From assembly GCA_963785635.1 (NCBI GenBank), contig CAWAWB010000025.1, forward strand, positions 4,729-68,728: a DNA stretch of 64,000 nucleotides. Reading direction: 5' to 3'. The notes under the pieces are model-generated. The model ran no database searches, was not told the DNA's origin, and was given only the letters and a program-made list of their open reading frames with translations. Both the position numbers and the translations under genes were made by a program. Position 1 is the stretch's first letter. Every line of letters begins with the position of its first letter. Shown here piece after piece: positions 37,513 to 47,699 of the stretch. Origin of the DNA: an uncultured Phycisphaerales bacterium (lineage in GTDB: Bacteria > Planctomycetota > Phycisphaerae > SM23-33 > FEN-1343).

Positions 37513-39072
37513 TTATTTCCCCGATGCCAGCTCGACGAACACCAGTTGGTTGCCATTCTGCTGCTTGGCCTGATACATAAGCTGGTCCGCTGTGCTCAGC
37601 AACTTTGGCCAGTCCAACTGGTCCGTCAGAATATTGCACCACAGGCCGCCGATGCTGATGTGCAGCGGAATCGTGGTCGTGTCGTTAATGGCAAGGCCCT
37701 GACTGACCGCATCCACCAGACCCACGGCAAGCGCCTTGGCCTGGCGGCTGCTCGCCGCCTGCGACAGCAGGACCACGAACTCATCGCCCCCGAAGCGCCC
37801 CGCAATGGCCGAAGGTCCAAACGTTTCCATCAGCAATTTGCCAACGTGCCTGAGCACCTGATCGCCCACTTCGTGGCCGTACGTATCGTTAATACTCTTA
37901 AACTTATCCATATCCGCAAAGAGCACAGCCATCGTCTTGCCGTTCCTGATGGCCATTTCCACGGCATTCTGCCCTTCGCTGTCCAGGCCGCGCCGATTGA
38001 GAACGCCCGTCAGTGGATCTTGCTGCGAGGTTTCCCGCAGTTGCAGAGCCTCTACACTGGCGGCGGTCAATTGGCTGTCGCTCTCGACAGCGTTGGCCAT
38101 AAGAGCCTGGACGCGCCCTACCAGGGATATAGTGGTATCAGCCACTTCGCCCGTGGCCAGGCGCAACAGGCCGCGCAGGTCAACATCCCCATCTGCCGAG
38201 GGACGGAAACAGCCAATCACCTCCGCAAAACGTCGCTGAATCTGTACGAGCACATCATCCAGCGAATCGCGGCGATCGGAAAACCTTTCCTGGATAAGCT
38301 CGGTCAGACCCTGGGCCTCATGGCTGTCCCAGCCGCCGAAGGCGTGCGGGAACAGACCCGCAAAGCGCACAGCCTCGGCCAGCACCGGCCGATCATTCTG
38401 TTGGGTGAGGGCCTGGTGATCGTGATGAATGCGGAGCATCTGGCATAAGGCGGCCGGCAGCCCGTATCGTTCCGCGAGCACGGCCCCGGCCTCAGCATGA
38501 TCCATGCCAAATAGTTCGTGTTCCAGTCGGCATTGCTCGGCGGGGGACCAGACGGCCAGGTCGCGCTCGTACAGGTCCGGGCAAATCTCATGCATGATCA
38601 GCATGACCATGTCCTGCATGAGTCCCAGCAGGAAGGCTTCGTCGCTCGCGCGGCCGTCCAACTTGCAGGCGAGGCGCTCCGCCGCTACAGCCTTGATCAA
38701 ATTTGCCTGCCAATGACGGTCGAGGATGTTTTTGTCCAAATGCACATCTTCATGGGCCGCCGCCACGCAGTGCGCAACGGCCAGAAGGCGGACATTTACG
38801 GTGCCCAGCAAATTAACAGCCTGGTGGATATTCCGCACGTGGTGTCGAACGCCAAACCACGAACTGTTGACGGCGGCCAGCAGCCTTCCGGCCAGCGATG
38901 CGCTGGTGGTGATGATTTCGGCATAGTCGTTGGGTGAGGCATCCAGACGCCGGCCCAGTTCCATCAGCCGGCTGAAAACCAAAGGTGGAATGGGCAACTG
39001 GCGGTTTTCAGAAAGCCACGAACTCAACGCAGCCTGGGCCTGCACCGGGCGGATAGCAAGTGTTGAAGTCAT
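37513..39072 (-). CDS. HDOD-GGDEF diguanylate cyclase
   Basis: N-terminal HDOD ('LAGRLLAAVNSSWFGVRHHVRNIHQAVNLLG'). C-terminal GGDEF domain ('DPLTGVLNRRGL', 'AVLFADMDKFKSINDTYGHEVGDQVL', 'GRFGGDEFVVLL'). Confidence 0.85.
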   Translation of the reverse strand: MTSTLAIRPVQAQAALSSWLSENRQLPIPPLVFSRLMELGRRLDASPNDYAEIITTSASLAGRLLAAVNSSWFGVRHHVRNIHQAVNLLGTVNVRLLAVAHCVAAAHEDVHLDKNILDRHWQANLIKAVAAERLACKLDGRASDEAFLLGLMQDMVMLIMHEICPDLYERDLAVWSPAEQCRLEHELFGMDHAEAGAVLAERYGLPAALCQMLRIHHDHQALTQQNDRPVLAEAVRFAGLFPHAFGGWDSHEAQGLTELIQERFSDRRDSLDDVLVQIQRRFAEVIGCFRPSADGDVDLRGLLRLATGEVADTTISLVGRVQALMANAVESDSQLTAASVEALQLRETSQQDPLTGVLNRRGLDSEGQNAVEMAIRNGKTMAVLFADMDKFKSINDTYGHEVGDQVLRHVGKLLMETFGPSAIAGRFGGDEFVVLLSQAASSRQAKALAVGLVDAVSQGLAINDTTTIPLHISIGGLWCNILTDQLDWPKLLSTADQLMYQAKQQNGNQLVFVELASGK

Positions 39073-39359
39073 TTCTTTTTCCCGACTAAGGCAGCGCCGC
39101 CAAGCGAAAATGTGCTTATGGACGCGCCGTCATCATATTCATCGCCTTCTACAAAGGGCTCCTTTAACTGTATCTGCTCTGTTTTTGGGCCCTGGCGGCG
39201 CGTTTGCGCAAGTTTTGTGGCTAGAGTTATGGGATCAAGCCGTTAAAATGCCTGCGGGATGGCGGTATTGACATGCCTGGGGGGCCGTCCCTAGCATGAA
39301 AACCCCGGCTTTTTGCGGGAGCCTCAACTACTGTTCAACCCGCATGAGGATGCAGTGAC

Positions 39360-40136
39360 ATGGCGATTGCGGTTATCAGCGATATACACAGCAACCTGGA
39401 AGCCTTGCAGGCGGTCCTGGCGGATATAGATGGGCGCGATGTCAGCGAAATCATCTGCCTGGGCGATGTGGTTGGTTATGGTCCTCAGCCCGCCGAGTGC
39501 CTGGACCTGGTGATTTCGCGGTGCAGCGTTTCTCTGATGGGCAATCACGATTTTGCCGTGATGTACGAACCCAACAACTTCAACATCGGCGCCGAAACCG
39601 CGGCGCTGTGGACCCGTCAGCAGCTTGAGAGCGCCGGGCCGGCGGATGCACGTACACGACGCTGGGAATATCTCGGGCTGATGCCGGTGAAACATACGGT
39701 GCAGTCCGCCACCGCACGCCAGGGAGAAATGGTTTTCGTACACGCCTCGCCGCGGCGGCCTATCAACGAGTACATATTCCCGGACGATGTCTACACCAAC
39801 CCCGCGAAGATTCATTCGATTTTCGAGCGATTCGGCAAGCTATGTTTCGTTGGCCACACACATGTGCCTGGGGTGTTCTTCGATACGCCTGACTTTTACA
39901 GTCCGGATGAAGTCGATGGCGAATACGAGATCAGTGAGAATTACAAGGCCCTGATTAATGTCGGCTCCGTGGGACAGCCGCGCGACCGCGACATCCGCGC
40001 AAGTTATGTGTTGGTGGAAGACGACGTGGTGCAGTTCGTGCGCGTGGAGTACGATGTGGAAGCGGTGGTGCGGAAGATGAGTGCGATTCGCGACCTGGAT
40101 GAATACCTGGGCATGCGCCTGCGCGAGGGACGCTAG
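39360..40136 (+). CDS. Calcineurin-like metallophosphoesterase
   Basis: 'IAVISDIHSNLEAL', 'IICLGDVVGYGP', 'GNHD' and 'VGHTHVP' metal-binding motifs. Confidence 0.8.
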   Translation: MAIAVISDIHSNLEALQAVLADIDGRDVSEIICLGDVVGYGPQPAECLDLVISRCSVSLMGNHDFAVMYEPNNFNIGAETAALWTRQQLESAGPADARTRRWEYLGLMPVKHTVQSATARQGEMVFVHASPRRPINEYIFPDDVYTNPAKIHSIFERFGKLCFVGHTHVPGVFFDTPDFYSPDEVDGEYEISENYKALINVGSVGQPRDRDIRASYVLVEDDVVQFVRVEYDVEAVVRKMSAIRDLDEYLGMRLREGR

Positions 40137-40296
40137 GCGCCTGGCAGGCCGGACTTGACATGCACGTTTTGCCGCTGATTTGGCCCGCCGGAGCGAATTT
40201 ATTTCCTCGATTCGGCAGTGAGTGCTGAAACTGATAAAGGTTTTTTGGCTCGTTTTTTTTTGACCGAAAAAGTTCGTTGCCCAGCAGGAGCGAGGA

Positions 40297-42378
40297 TTGG
40301 ACAAAAAGCAACTTATATGGATTCTTTTGGTAGCGGCGGCAGCGGCACTTCTGCTGCCCCGCCTTTTCCCCGCCACAAAGCCGCAGCCTAAATCGGCGGT
40401 CAATCAACCCTCTACGGCGGCCGCTTCGCTTTCCCAGAGATGGAACTACGGCGGCGCGGCAATTACGCAGCAGGATTTCGGCGAGGGTCGTATCCCACGT
40501 ATGCTCCTGGGGTCGCTGGAGCCCAACGATGGCTACCGCTTCCAAGTGGAGATAGATCCGCGCGGGGCATCAGTTTATACCTGCAAATTAGCCGGTTACT
40601 TCAAGACGGTTGAAGAAAAGAAAGTAAAGAACAAGACCCCGCAGCAGCTGCAGGAGTGGTCGTATCCGCTGCTTAACCCGGTGGGGCAGGGTGATAATGC
40701 CTTTCTGCCTTGTGCAACCGAGCGGCTGAGGATAGAAGGACAGCCGCGCGAGGAGATTTCGACATTTGAAAGCCCGCTGGTTTCTGGGCAATCGGGTGAT
40801 GCGCAGGAGCGGATAGTCTGGTGGCCTGCGGGCGCCATGCAGGCTGCGGCTGATGGAACCGAATCGGTGAGCTATGGGCTGGAGCTTTATCCGAGCCAGC
40901 AGGCAAAAGAGCCGTCATACCGATTGACCAAGACGTACACGCTCAAAAAGGGCGACAGCAGCCTGAACATTTCTTTGAAGGTTGAGAATTTTTCCGGGCA
41001 GAGCCAGAAAATGTCGGTCTTGCAAAATGGGCCTGGGGGGCTGCCGCGCGATGACATCACGCAGGATTTTCGTTCTGTGCTAGCCGGGCGCTACATCGTT
41101 GAGCAGAAACGAATAGAAGTTCCTAAAGTCGTTCGGCGGGAAGAGGTCCGGGGGCAGGTGGAAAAGGGTACCTGGCCAGCCGATAACCGGGTGTCTTTGG
41201 GAGATAATAACAAGGGCAGTGTACAACCGGCAGTATGGTCGGGGCAGATCAACCGGTTCTTCTGTAGCCTGATGTATCCGATTCCACAGGGAATCGATCC
41301 GGCGGCGGTGGATGCCAATACGCCTGTTTCCTCGCTGGTCGTGCCCGCCGACCAATACACCTTCGCCTTCGATGCCCAGGCACAGCAGGAAGAACCAAAT
41401 TCGGTTGTGCCGGTCATGGTCATGGACAGCGGACCGGTGGAAGTGGCCGATCACTCCAGCCTGGTGATGAACTTCCTGGTGTATTGCGGCCCGCAGGACC
41501 GCGGGCTGTTCGATCGAATACCGCTGTTTAACAAGCTTAACTTCAAGGAAACGATTCAGTTCTACAGTTGCCAGTGGTGCCTGGTGAAGCCGCTGGCGCT
41601 GGCCGTGATGACGATTATTGAATGGGGCGGAAAGCTGATCGGCAACTATGGCATCGCCATCATTCTCCTTGTTCTGCTCATTCGCCTTCTACTGCACCCG
41701 ATTACCAAGCGATCGCAGGTCAGCATGATGCGCATGCAGAAGCTGGGTCCCAAGATGAAGGAGGTCCAGGAGAAGTACAAGGATGACAAGGCCGCGCAGC
41801 AGAAGGCCATGGGCGAAGTTTTCCGCCAGACGGGCGTCACCCCGATCCTGGGCTGCCTGCCGATGTTGCTCCAGATGCCGATCTGGATCGCCTTGTACGC
41901 AGGGCTGCAATCTTCAGTAATGCTGCGGCAACGGGGTCTGCTGCCTTTCTGGATTACGGACCTTTCGGCGCCGGATACCATACTGCACTGGACTCCTTTC
42001 AGGCTGCCTTTATTCGGTACTGAGGTTTCGGGACTGAACATTCTGCCCCTGCTGCTGACGGTATTCATGTTCTTGCAGCAGAAGCTGACGCCCATGCAGT
42101 CAGCGCCAACCACGAGCCCCGAACAGCAGAAGCAACAGAAAATCATGATGTACATGACCTCTGCCATCATGATGTTCATTTTCTACAATATGCCTTCGGG
42201 GTTGACGCTGTACATCATGGCATCGACCGCCGCGGGCGTGATTGAGTCGTACGTCATTCGCAAGCACATACAGGAGCGGCAGGCGGCGGAGGCGGCGGCG
42301 GAAACGAAGGTTTCGCTTCCAGGATGGACGCCGCGCGGCCAGCGGCCCAAAAAGCCAAAAGGGCCCTTTGGTTCGTAA
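40297..42378 (+). CDS. yidC: Membrane protein insertase YidC (long periplasmic domain)
   Basis: C-terminal 60-kDa IMP core 'GIAIILLVLLIRLLLHPITKRSQVSMMRMQKLGPKMKEVQEKYKDDKAAQQKAMGEVFRQTGVTPILGCLPMLLQMPIWIALY'. Confidence 0.9.
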   Translation: MDKKQLIWILLVAAAAALLLPRLFPATKPQPKSAVNQPSTAAASLSQRWNYGGAAITQQDFGEGRIPRMLLGSLEPNDGYRFQVEIDPRGASVYTCKLAGYFKTVEEKKVKNKTPQQLQEWSYPLLNPVGQGDNAFLPCATERLRIEGQPREEISTFESPLVSGQSGDAQERIVWWPAGAMQAAADGTESVSYGLELYPSQQAKEPSYRLTKTYTLKKGDSSLNISLKVENFSGQSQKMSVLQNGPGGLPRDDITQDFRSVLAGRYIVEQKRIEVPKVVRREEVRGQVEKGTWPADNRVSLGDNNKGSVQPAVWSGQINRFFCSLMYPIPQGIDPAAVDANTPVSSLVVPADQYTFAFDAQAQQEEPNSVVPVMVMDSGPVEVADHSSLVMNFLVYCGPQDRGLFDRIPLFNKLNFKETIQFYSCQWCLVKPLALAVMTIIEWGGKLIGNYGIAIILLVLLIRLLLHPITKRSQVSMMRMQKLGPKMKEVQEKYKDDKAAQQKAMGEVFRQTGVTPILGCLPMLLQMPIWIALYAGLQSSVMLRQRGLLPFWITDLSAPDTILHWTPFRLPLFGTEVSGLNILPLLLTVFMFLQQKLTPMQSAPTTSPEQQKQQKIMMYMTSAIMMFIFYNMPSGLTLYIMASTAAGVIESYVIRKHIQERQAAEAAAETKVSLPGWTPRGQRPKKPKGPFGS

Positions 42379-42423
42379 CTGATTGCCGTCAACGATTAAT
42401 TGTGAAAGTGGAGTTGAAGGAAG

Positions 42424-43527
42424 ATGAAAGCAATAGCGTTATTCTGCGCGACGGCGATGGCGATTGTGGGAATGGCCGCGGTGGGCAATGGTGACGAGGT
42501 GAAATCGCGCCTGAGCCAGGGCGTAACGGATCTGCGCGGCTGTGTGATGGCGCTGAATAGCGCCAAAATGGAAAGGCAAGGAAGTCAGCTCGAACAAATA
42601 GTAGACCACATTGCCGAGTGGACTATCGCTCACCAGACCGTAAGGCGCACGGATGTGGGGGCATTGCAGGACTTTGTCCAGAAGCTGCGCAGCAGCGCAT
42701 CAATGTATAGCAGTTCCAATATGGCATCCAAGGCAGCATTTCTCTCGACACAGGCGGATACCGTGGACCGCGTGTCTAAAGTATTTGCAACAGTCGCGGA
42801 GGATGTTCCGGATTCGGCAGCTTCAACTGCGCCAGGCGGCGCGGCAAGTTCACGCGGCGGCTTTTCACATTTGACGGTGCGCGTAAGTTTTGGAATGGTT
42901 GAGGCTAACCAAGCCCAGGGGCCCGCAGGAGATGCCGAGGCCGCCGGCGGGGCATATGGACCTGGACCGGGCAGACAATTTGGCATGGGGGCGGGCCCAA
43001 TGGCCGGCAGAGGGGGGCCTGGAGGGGCAGCCATGATGCCCGGCGGCGCGGTGGCGATGCGGCCGAGCCTGAAGATAACGCTAGTGGAAATGAACCAGTC
43101 GTTCAGCTCTCCCACAGCACTGCGGCAATACACGTCTCAGAACGTTGAGAAGCTCTCAAACACGGCGATTTCCTTTGAGATAGGTCCTGAAGTGATGTGG
43201 AAAGACGTCATGCAGGTGGTGAATGCCTTCTCGGGCGCCGAGTTTACGGGCGCTCTGGAATTCGTCGGTTTTGCTCCCCATGGCGGGACGGCCGCGAAAA
43301 TCACAGGGCCGGGCGCTGAAGCCGCCGTATCGGCCCCAGCAACTACAGTTCCAAAAGTTTTGGCTTTGCCTGCGGACACGCCGGCTGTCTCATCCGCTGG
43401 TCCGGCGGCTCCTTCGCCATCGACAGCGCCTGCCTCTGCGCCGGCTTCAACTGCGACCGCCGCGCCGGATACATCGGCGCATCTTAATATCACGCCGCTG
43501 GGGCCGGGGCAGACTGAAGGCCAATGA
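42424..43527 (+). CDS. Hypothetical secreted Ala/Gly/Pro-rich protein
   Basis: Signal-like N-terminus 'MKAIALFCATAMAIVGMAAVG', a helical N-domain, a G/A/P-rich linker, a small globular segment and an A/P/S-rich tail. No family recognised. Confidence 0.5.
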   Translation: MKAIALFCATAMAIVGMAAVGNGDEVKSRLSQGVTDLRGCVMALNSAKMERQGSQLEQIVDHIAEWTIAHQTVRRTDVGALQDFVQKLRSSASMYSSSNMASKAAFLSTQADTVDRVSKVFATVAEDVPDSAASTAPGGAASSRGGFSHLTVRVSFGMVEANQAQGPAGDAEAAGGAYGPGPGRQFGMGAGPMAGRGGPGGAAMMPGGAVAMRPSLKITLVEMNQSFSSPTALRQYTSQNVEKLSNTAISFEIGPEVMWKDVMQVVNAFSGAEFTGALEFVGFAPHGGTAAKITGPGAEAAVSAPATTVPKVLALPADTPAVSSAGPAAPSPSTAPASAPASTATAAPDTSAHLNITPLGPGQTEGQ

Positions 43528-43994
43528 AGCCGCGCGAATGATTTAATCGCTACGTGAATGTGACCACCCAGGCCACACTGGTCATATTATTCGGAAAAAT
43601 TGGGTATTTTTGAAGATTTTCCCGAATGTGACCACCCTCAGCCTGTGTAGACACATTCGGAGGAGAGGGTCTTGGAGGGCCGTTTTCCTTCAAACTCAGA
43701 AAAATCTGTGGAAGATGCGCAAGCCAGAAGGATTGCGCACCTTCAAAAACATCTAAAAAATGGGGGATTTTTGGCGAAGGTGCGCAAGATGCGCAAGGTG
43801 CGCAACAAACGAAGTGATGCTGTTGTGCGCGGCAGTCTGGGTAAATTGCACAGCTTCGGCAAATCAGGCGCTAAAGAGGCCAATTCCCGCAACTTCAGTG
43901 GTCGGCGTAGCCAAGCCTACTGCTGGACCGCCTATTCCCGGGTTGGCCGGGTGCGCCGGCCAACCGAGGATCAATTCCAGATTGCCAACTTGTT

Positions 43995-44025
43995 CTCCAG
44001 ATTGCCAAACGTTGGCAATCTGGAG
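43995..44025. repeat. Perfect 14-bp-arm palindrome CTCCAGATTGCCAA-acg-TTGGCAATCTGGAG within a cluster of AGATTGCCAA words
   Basis: Additional 'agattgccaa' copies lie at 43979-43988 and 44073-44082, and 'ggttgccaa' at ~44058. Confidence 0.8.
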
Positions 44026-44174
44026 AACCCCTCGTTTTATTGGCATTTCTCGATAAGGTTGCCAATATTTTCAGATTGCCAACAACACCTATCACAACCT
44101 GTTTTATTCGGAGTTTTCGGACTTTTCGTGTGTTTTCCTCCAGAACCAGGGCACCACATTCGACATTCGTTTGC

Positions 44175-44215
44175 AAAAAAAAGGGCCCCGCGCCGGTGGG
44201 GTCGGCCGACGCGGG
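44175..44215 (-). terminator. Orphan rho-independent terminator (minus strand)
   Basis: Stem 'ccccgcg'/'cgcgggg' (44186-44192 / 44209-44215). On the minus strand it is followed by 'ccc' and T8 (A-run 44175-44182). No annotated minus-strand gene lies immediately upstream. Confidence 0.45.
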
Positions 44216-44440
44216 GAAGGGTGAAGGATTTGCCGGCAGGGGCATACCGGCAAGACCGTTTTTGGCGGTCAAAATCAGCGTACAATTCGCCTGGATTAGA
44301 GGCAAATCGAGCTGCACTTTCATGTCGCTGTCGTTGGCCTACGCGCAAATGAATCGTAAGTTACACGTGTGTGGATAATCACGCTTGCGGTGAACCCTCG
44401 GGTTATCCTTCCAGGAATTCTCACAGCTTTGGAGAGATTT

Positions 44441-44734
44441 ATGAAACAGGTAACGCTTTCCGACGAGGTTTTTGAGCAACTGAAGAACTTCATCGTCGAT
44501 CCTTTTGATGAGACCATTGAAACGGTCATCAGCCGGCTGATCACGATCACGTGCAAGGCCCGCGACCGCTGGATGAGCTTGCCTAGTGCGGTCCCGGCAG
44601 CGGCTGCATCGGCGCAGGGGCAGTCCGAACCCCAGGTGGAACTGCCGTTGGCACAGGCACAGGCACAGGCTGATACAGCTACTGTGCGGCCATCATTTCA
44701 GGCCCGCAGGATTAGCGAACCCAGCGTACTGTAG
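44441..44734 (+). CDS. Small hypothetical protein (97 aa)
   Basis: ATG at 44441. The N-terminal 45 aa look globular ('MKQVTLSDEVFEQLKNFIVDPFDETIETVISRLI'). The C-terminal half is low-complexity A/Q/P. Confidence 0.45.
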   Translation: MKQVTLSDEVFEQLKNFIVDPFDETIETVISRLITITCKARDRWMSLPSAVPAAAASAQGQSEPQVELPLAQAQAQADTATVRPSFQARRISEPSVL

Positions 44735-44743
44735 AAATGGAAC

Positions 44744-44817
44744 TGGGCGTTGCAAGGCTCGAACTTGCGACCTCATCCTTGTAAGGGATGCGCTCTAGCC
44801 AACTGAGCTAAACGCCC
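44744..44817 (-). tRNA. tRNA-Val (anticodon TAC)
   Basis: Hand-folded 74-nt cloverleaf: acceptor GGGCGTT/AACGCCC, D arm GCTC-AGTTGGCTA-GAGC, anticodon arm CATCC-CTTACAA-GGATG, T arm GCAAG-TTCGAGC-CTTGC, discriminator A. CCA is not encoded. Confidence 0.9.
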
Positions 44818-45064
44818 AGGCACTTTTACCAGCGCCTGAGCCGAAAGTATATCGCGCTGCCGGAAAGCATTCCAGTAAACCCGTCGCCTTTGCCAAACAG
44901 GTGGACAGGTTGTGGCGTCGGGGAAGAACCCGATGCTTTAGCATTCTTGCATAATCCGTGCAAGGCTCTGAAACTGTCATTTCTTCTGCGGCTCGAGTGC
45001 TCTTCTTCCTGACGAGGCTGCGGCCATATTGACGGTCGAAGCTTGCGCACCTAGAGTGATTATC

Positions 45065-45664
45065 ATGCTGGCATGGATTTTGACGCTTGTGAGGTTGCCG
45101 CTCGCCGCGGCGTTTGCTTTGGTGCTGGGTGTGTACACGTATAGCCACCAGCCGTTGACTATTGCCCAAATCATTGCGCTGCTGGCGCTCGCCTTGGCCG
45201 CGGAAATCACAGATGCTATCGATGGATGGATAGCCCGCCGCAGCGGCAGTCAAAGCGAGCTTGGCGGCCTGGTGGATCCTCTCAGCGACAGTCTTGCACG
45301 TTTAACGATGTACTTCGCCCTGGCCTTGAGGGGCTGGGCGTGGATTGCAGTCCCCCTGGTCATGGCCGGCCGCGATTTAATCGTCGCGTACGTACGGGTG
45401 GTTGTGGGCAGCATCGGCGGAAAAACCTCAGCTCGCATCAGCGGCAAGGTCAAAGCCATTGTTCAAGGCGCGGGAATAGTTGCCCTGGTGCTTTTGGCAG
45501 GAGCGCCAACAAACGCCGGAACTTTGGAATACAGCCACGTTCACATGTATCGTCAAATAGTTGCCGCAGTGGTGCTAGTGATTACGATCTGGAGCCTTGT
45601 GGATTATGTTCGGGCCGGCTGGCCGGCAGTTGTTCAGATGGCTCGGCGGCCTTCAAGCCGCTGA
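45065..45664 (+). CDS. CDP-alcohol phosphatidyltransferase family protein
   Basis: Signature 'DAIDGWIARRSGSQSELGGLVDPLSD' in a polytopic membrane protein. ATG at 45065 preferred over the alternative start at 45029. Confidence 0.8.
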   Translation: MLAWILTLVRLPLAAAFALVLGVYTYSHQPLTIAQIIALLALALAAEITDAIDGWIARRSGSQSELGGLVDPLSDSLARLTMYFALALRGWAWIAVPLVMAGRDLIVAYVRVVVGSIGGKTSARISGKVKAIVQGAGIVALVLLAGAPTNAGTLEYSHVHMYRQIVAAVVLVITIWSLVDYVRAGWPAVVQMARRPSSR

Positions 45665-45729
45665 TGTCGATCTAGTCGCCGCGGCCTAACGGTGATATGC
45701 TGTTTTCAGACCTTGTCGAGATTCCTTGA

Positions 45730-46602
45730 GTGCTATTGCGGGAGGTTCGATTGGCGCGGCCGTTCAAAATCGGGGTAATTACGGATAGTTTTCGCCTGCC
45801 AGCCACGCAGGCGGTCGCCAAGGCGGCCGCGCTGGGAGCCCAAGGTGTGCAGGTGTACACGGTTTCGGGTGCGATGTCGCCTGAAAACCTTGATAGCACT
45901 GCACGCCGAAGCTTCAAGGATTTGTGCACGCGAAATAGTGTGGAAATCTCGGCCTTGTGCGGTGATATGGGCGGAGGCTTTCTAAACAAAGAAGCCAACG
46001 CCGAGAAGATACGCAAGACACGAGCCATAATCGACCTCGCGGTTGACCTAGGCACAACCGTCGTCACCACGCATATTGGCGTAATCCCTGCCGATTCCGC
46101 TGAGCCGGCCTATGGAGTTTTGCGTAAGGCCTGCGGAGAAATTGCTGAATTTGCGAGAGATCGCGGCATTACGATGGCCGTTGAAACAGGTCCTGAAAAG
46201 GCGGCTGTCTTGAAGCGTTTTCTAGACGATATCGGCTCTTCTGGATTGGGCGTCAATCTTGATCCTGCAAACCTGGTAATGGTGGTGGGCGATGACCCCG
46301 TAGCGGCCGCGCGTTTGCTGGGCCCGCGCATCGTCCACACGCACGCCAAGGATGGAAGACAGATCTCCCCATGTGATCCCCATGCGATTTATCACGGCAA
46401 AATAGAGCAGAAGGATTGGGGAAAATATTTCCAAGAGCTGCCTTTAGGTGAAGGTGATGTGCAATGGGATGCCTACCTTCAGGCGCTTCAGGAAGTTGGT
46501 TATGATGGGTACTTGACAATTGAGCGCGAGGTCGGCGACGATCCCGCATCTGATATCGCCGCGGCCATCACTTTCCTGCGTGAAAAGATCGTGCAGGGCT
46601 GA
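45730..46602 (+). CDS. Sugar phosphate isomerase/epimerase (xylose-isomerase-like TIM barrel)
   Basis: 'TTHIGVIP', 'MAVETGPE', 'LGVNLDPANL', 'HTHAKD' and 'TIEREV' follow the AP-endonuclease-2/TIM barrel pattern. Confidence 0.75.
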   Translation: MLLREVRLARPFKIGVITDSFRLPATQAVAKAAALGAQGVQVYTVSGAMSPENLDSTARRSFKDLCTRNSVEISALCGDMGGGFLNKEANAEKIRKTRAIIDLAVDLGTTVVTTHIGVIPADSAEPAYGVLRKACGEIAEFARDRGITMAVETGPEKAAVLKRFLDDIGSSGLGVNLDPANLVMVVGDDPVAAARLLGPRIVHTHAKDGRQISPCDPHAIYHGKIEQKDWGKYFQELPLGEGDVQWDAYLQALQEVGYDGYLTIEREVGDDPASDIAAAITFLREKIVQG

Positions 46603-46662
46603 CGGATGTGACTTCGGCGTATGACAAGCGCGGCCGCAATCTGATTTAACAAGGAGAAAGGC

Positions 46663-47694
46663 ATGCCGGTAAAGATAGGAGTGCTGGGCATTGGTTTCAT
46701 GGGTTCTGCGCATTTCAACTACCACCGCGAAAACCCCGCCGCGCAGGTGGTTGCCATAGGTGATATAGACAAGAAGAAGCTGTCCGGCGACTGGTCCGGC
46801 ATTGCGGGAAACGTTTCCGTGGGTGGCGGAAGGGTGAATCTTTCCGGCATCAAGACTTACGCCAGCGCCGATAAGATGATCGCCGACCCTGAGATCGACG
46901 TCATTGATATCACGCTCCCCACTTACATGCACGCGGAGTACGCGATCAAGGCCGTACAGGCGGGCAAGCATGTCTTTTGCGAAAAGCCGATGGCCCGCAC
47001 CTCCGCCGAAGCCCGTCAAATGCTGGCCGCGGCCAAGAAAGCACGGCGCAAACTGTTCATCGGCCATTGCATTCGCTTCTGGCCGGGCTGGTGGGAAGGC
47101 CACGACATCATTCAAAGCGGCAAATACGGCAAAGTGATCAGCGCCACCTATCGCCGCGTAAGCCAGTTGCCGACCTGGGGCTGGCAGAACTGGCTTCAGG
47201 ATGATGCCAAGAGCGGCCTGTGTGCGCTGGACATGCACATTCACGACGCTGACTATATTCTTTGGACATTCGGCGCTCCCAAGGCTGTCACCACGCATTA
47301 CGCGGGTTTTAAGAAGGGCCGGCTCGATCACGTCGTCGTTTCCTATCATTACCGCGACGGCATGCTGGTGACGGCCGAAGGCGCCTGGGAATATAAACCC
47401 ACCTTCGGCTTTAACTGTGCCTTTACCGTAGGCATGGAAAAGGCCACGATGGTCTTCCAGCTTGGCCAGGACACGATGCTGCACCTGGCCAATGGCAAAT
47501 CGCAGGCGCTGAAAGTGGTGGAGCATGATGGCTATTACAATGAACTGCACCACTATGTGGATTGCATCGCAAAGAACAAAAACTCGAATATGGTCACGCC
47601 CGCCTCGGCGGTCCAAACCGTGGAACTGATCGAGGCTGAGGCGAAATCCGCCCTCACCGGAAAGCGCGTTGCCTTCAATCCCAGGAAAGGATAA
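46663..47694 (+). CDS. Gfo/Idh/MocA family oxidoreductase
   Basis: N-terminal Rossmann 'VKIGVLGIGFMGSAH' and 'GKHVFCEKPMA'. Confidence 0.85.
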   Translation: MPVKIGVLGIGFMGSAHFNYHRENPAAQVVAIGDIDKKKLSGDWSGIAGNVSVGGGRVNLSGIKTYASADKMIADPEIDVIDITLPTYMHAEYAIKAVQAGKHVFCEKPMARTSAEARQMLAAAKKARRKLFIGHCIRFWPGWWEGHDIIQSGKYGKVISATYRRVSQLPTWGWQNWLQDDAKSGLCALDMHIHDADYILWTFGAPKAVTTHYAGFKKGRLDHVVVSYHYRDGMLVTAEGAWEYKPTFGFNCAFTVGMEKATMVFQLGQDTMLHLANGKSQALKVVEHDGYYNELHHYVDCIAKNKNSNMVTPASAVQTVELIEAEAKSALTGKRVAFNPRKG

Positions 47695-47699
47695 CTGAC

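Noticed and set aside
43672-44352. The 226-aa ORF in the low-GC stretch as a real protein-coding gene.
   Set aside because: Its composition is R/S/F/W/C-rich. It runs through several palindromes, word repeats and an opposite-strand terminator, and no RBS or motif is seen. It is not fully excluded because of the silent-looking substitutions in the RGSLGKL core (see the finding at 36345).
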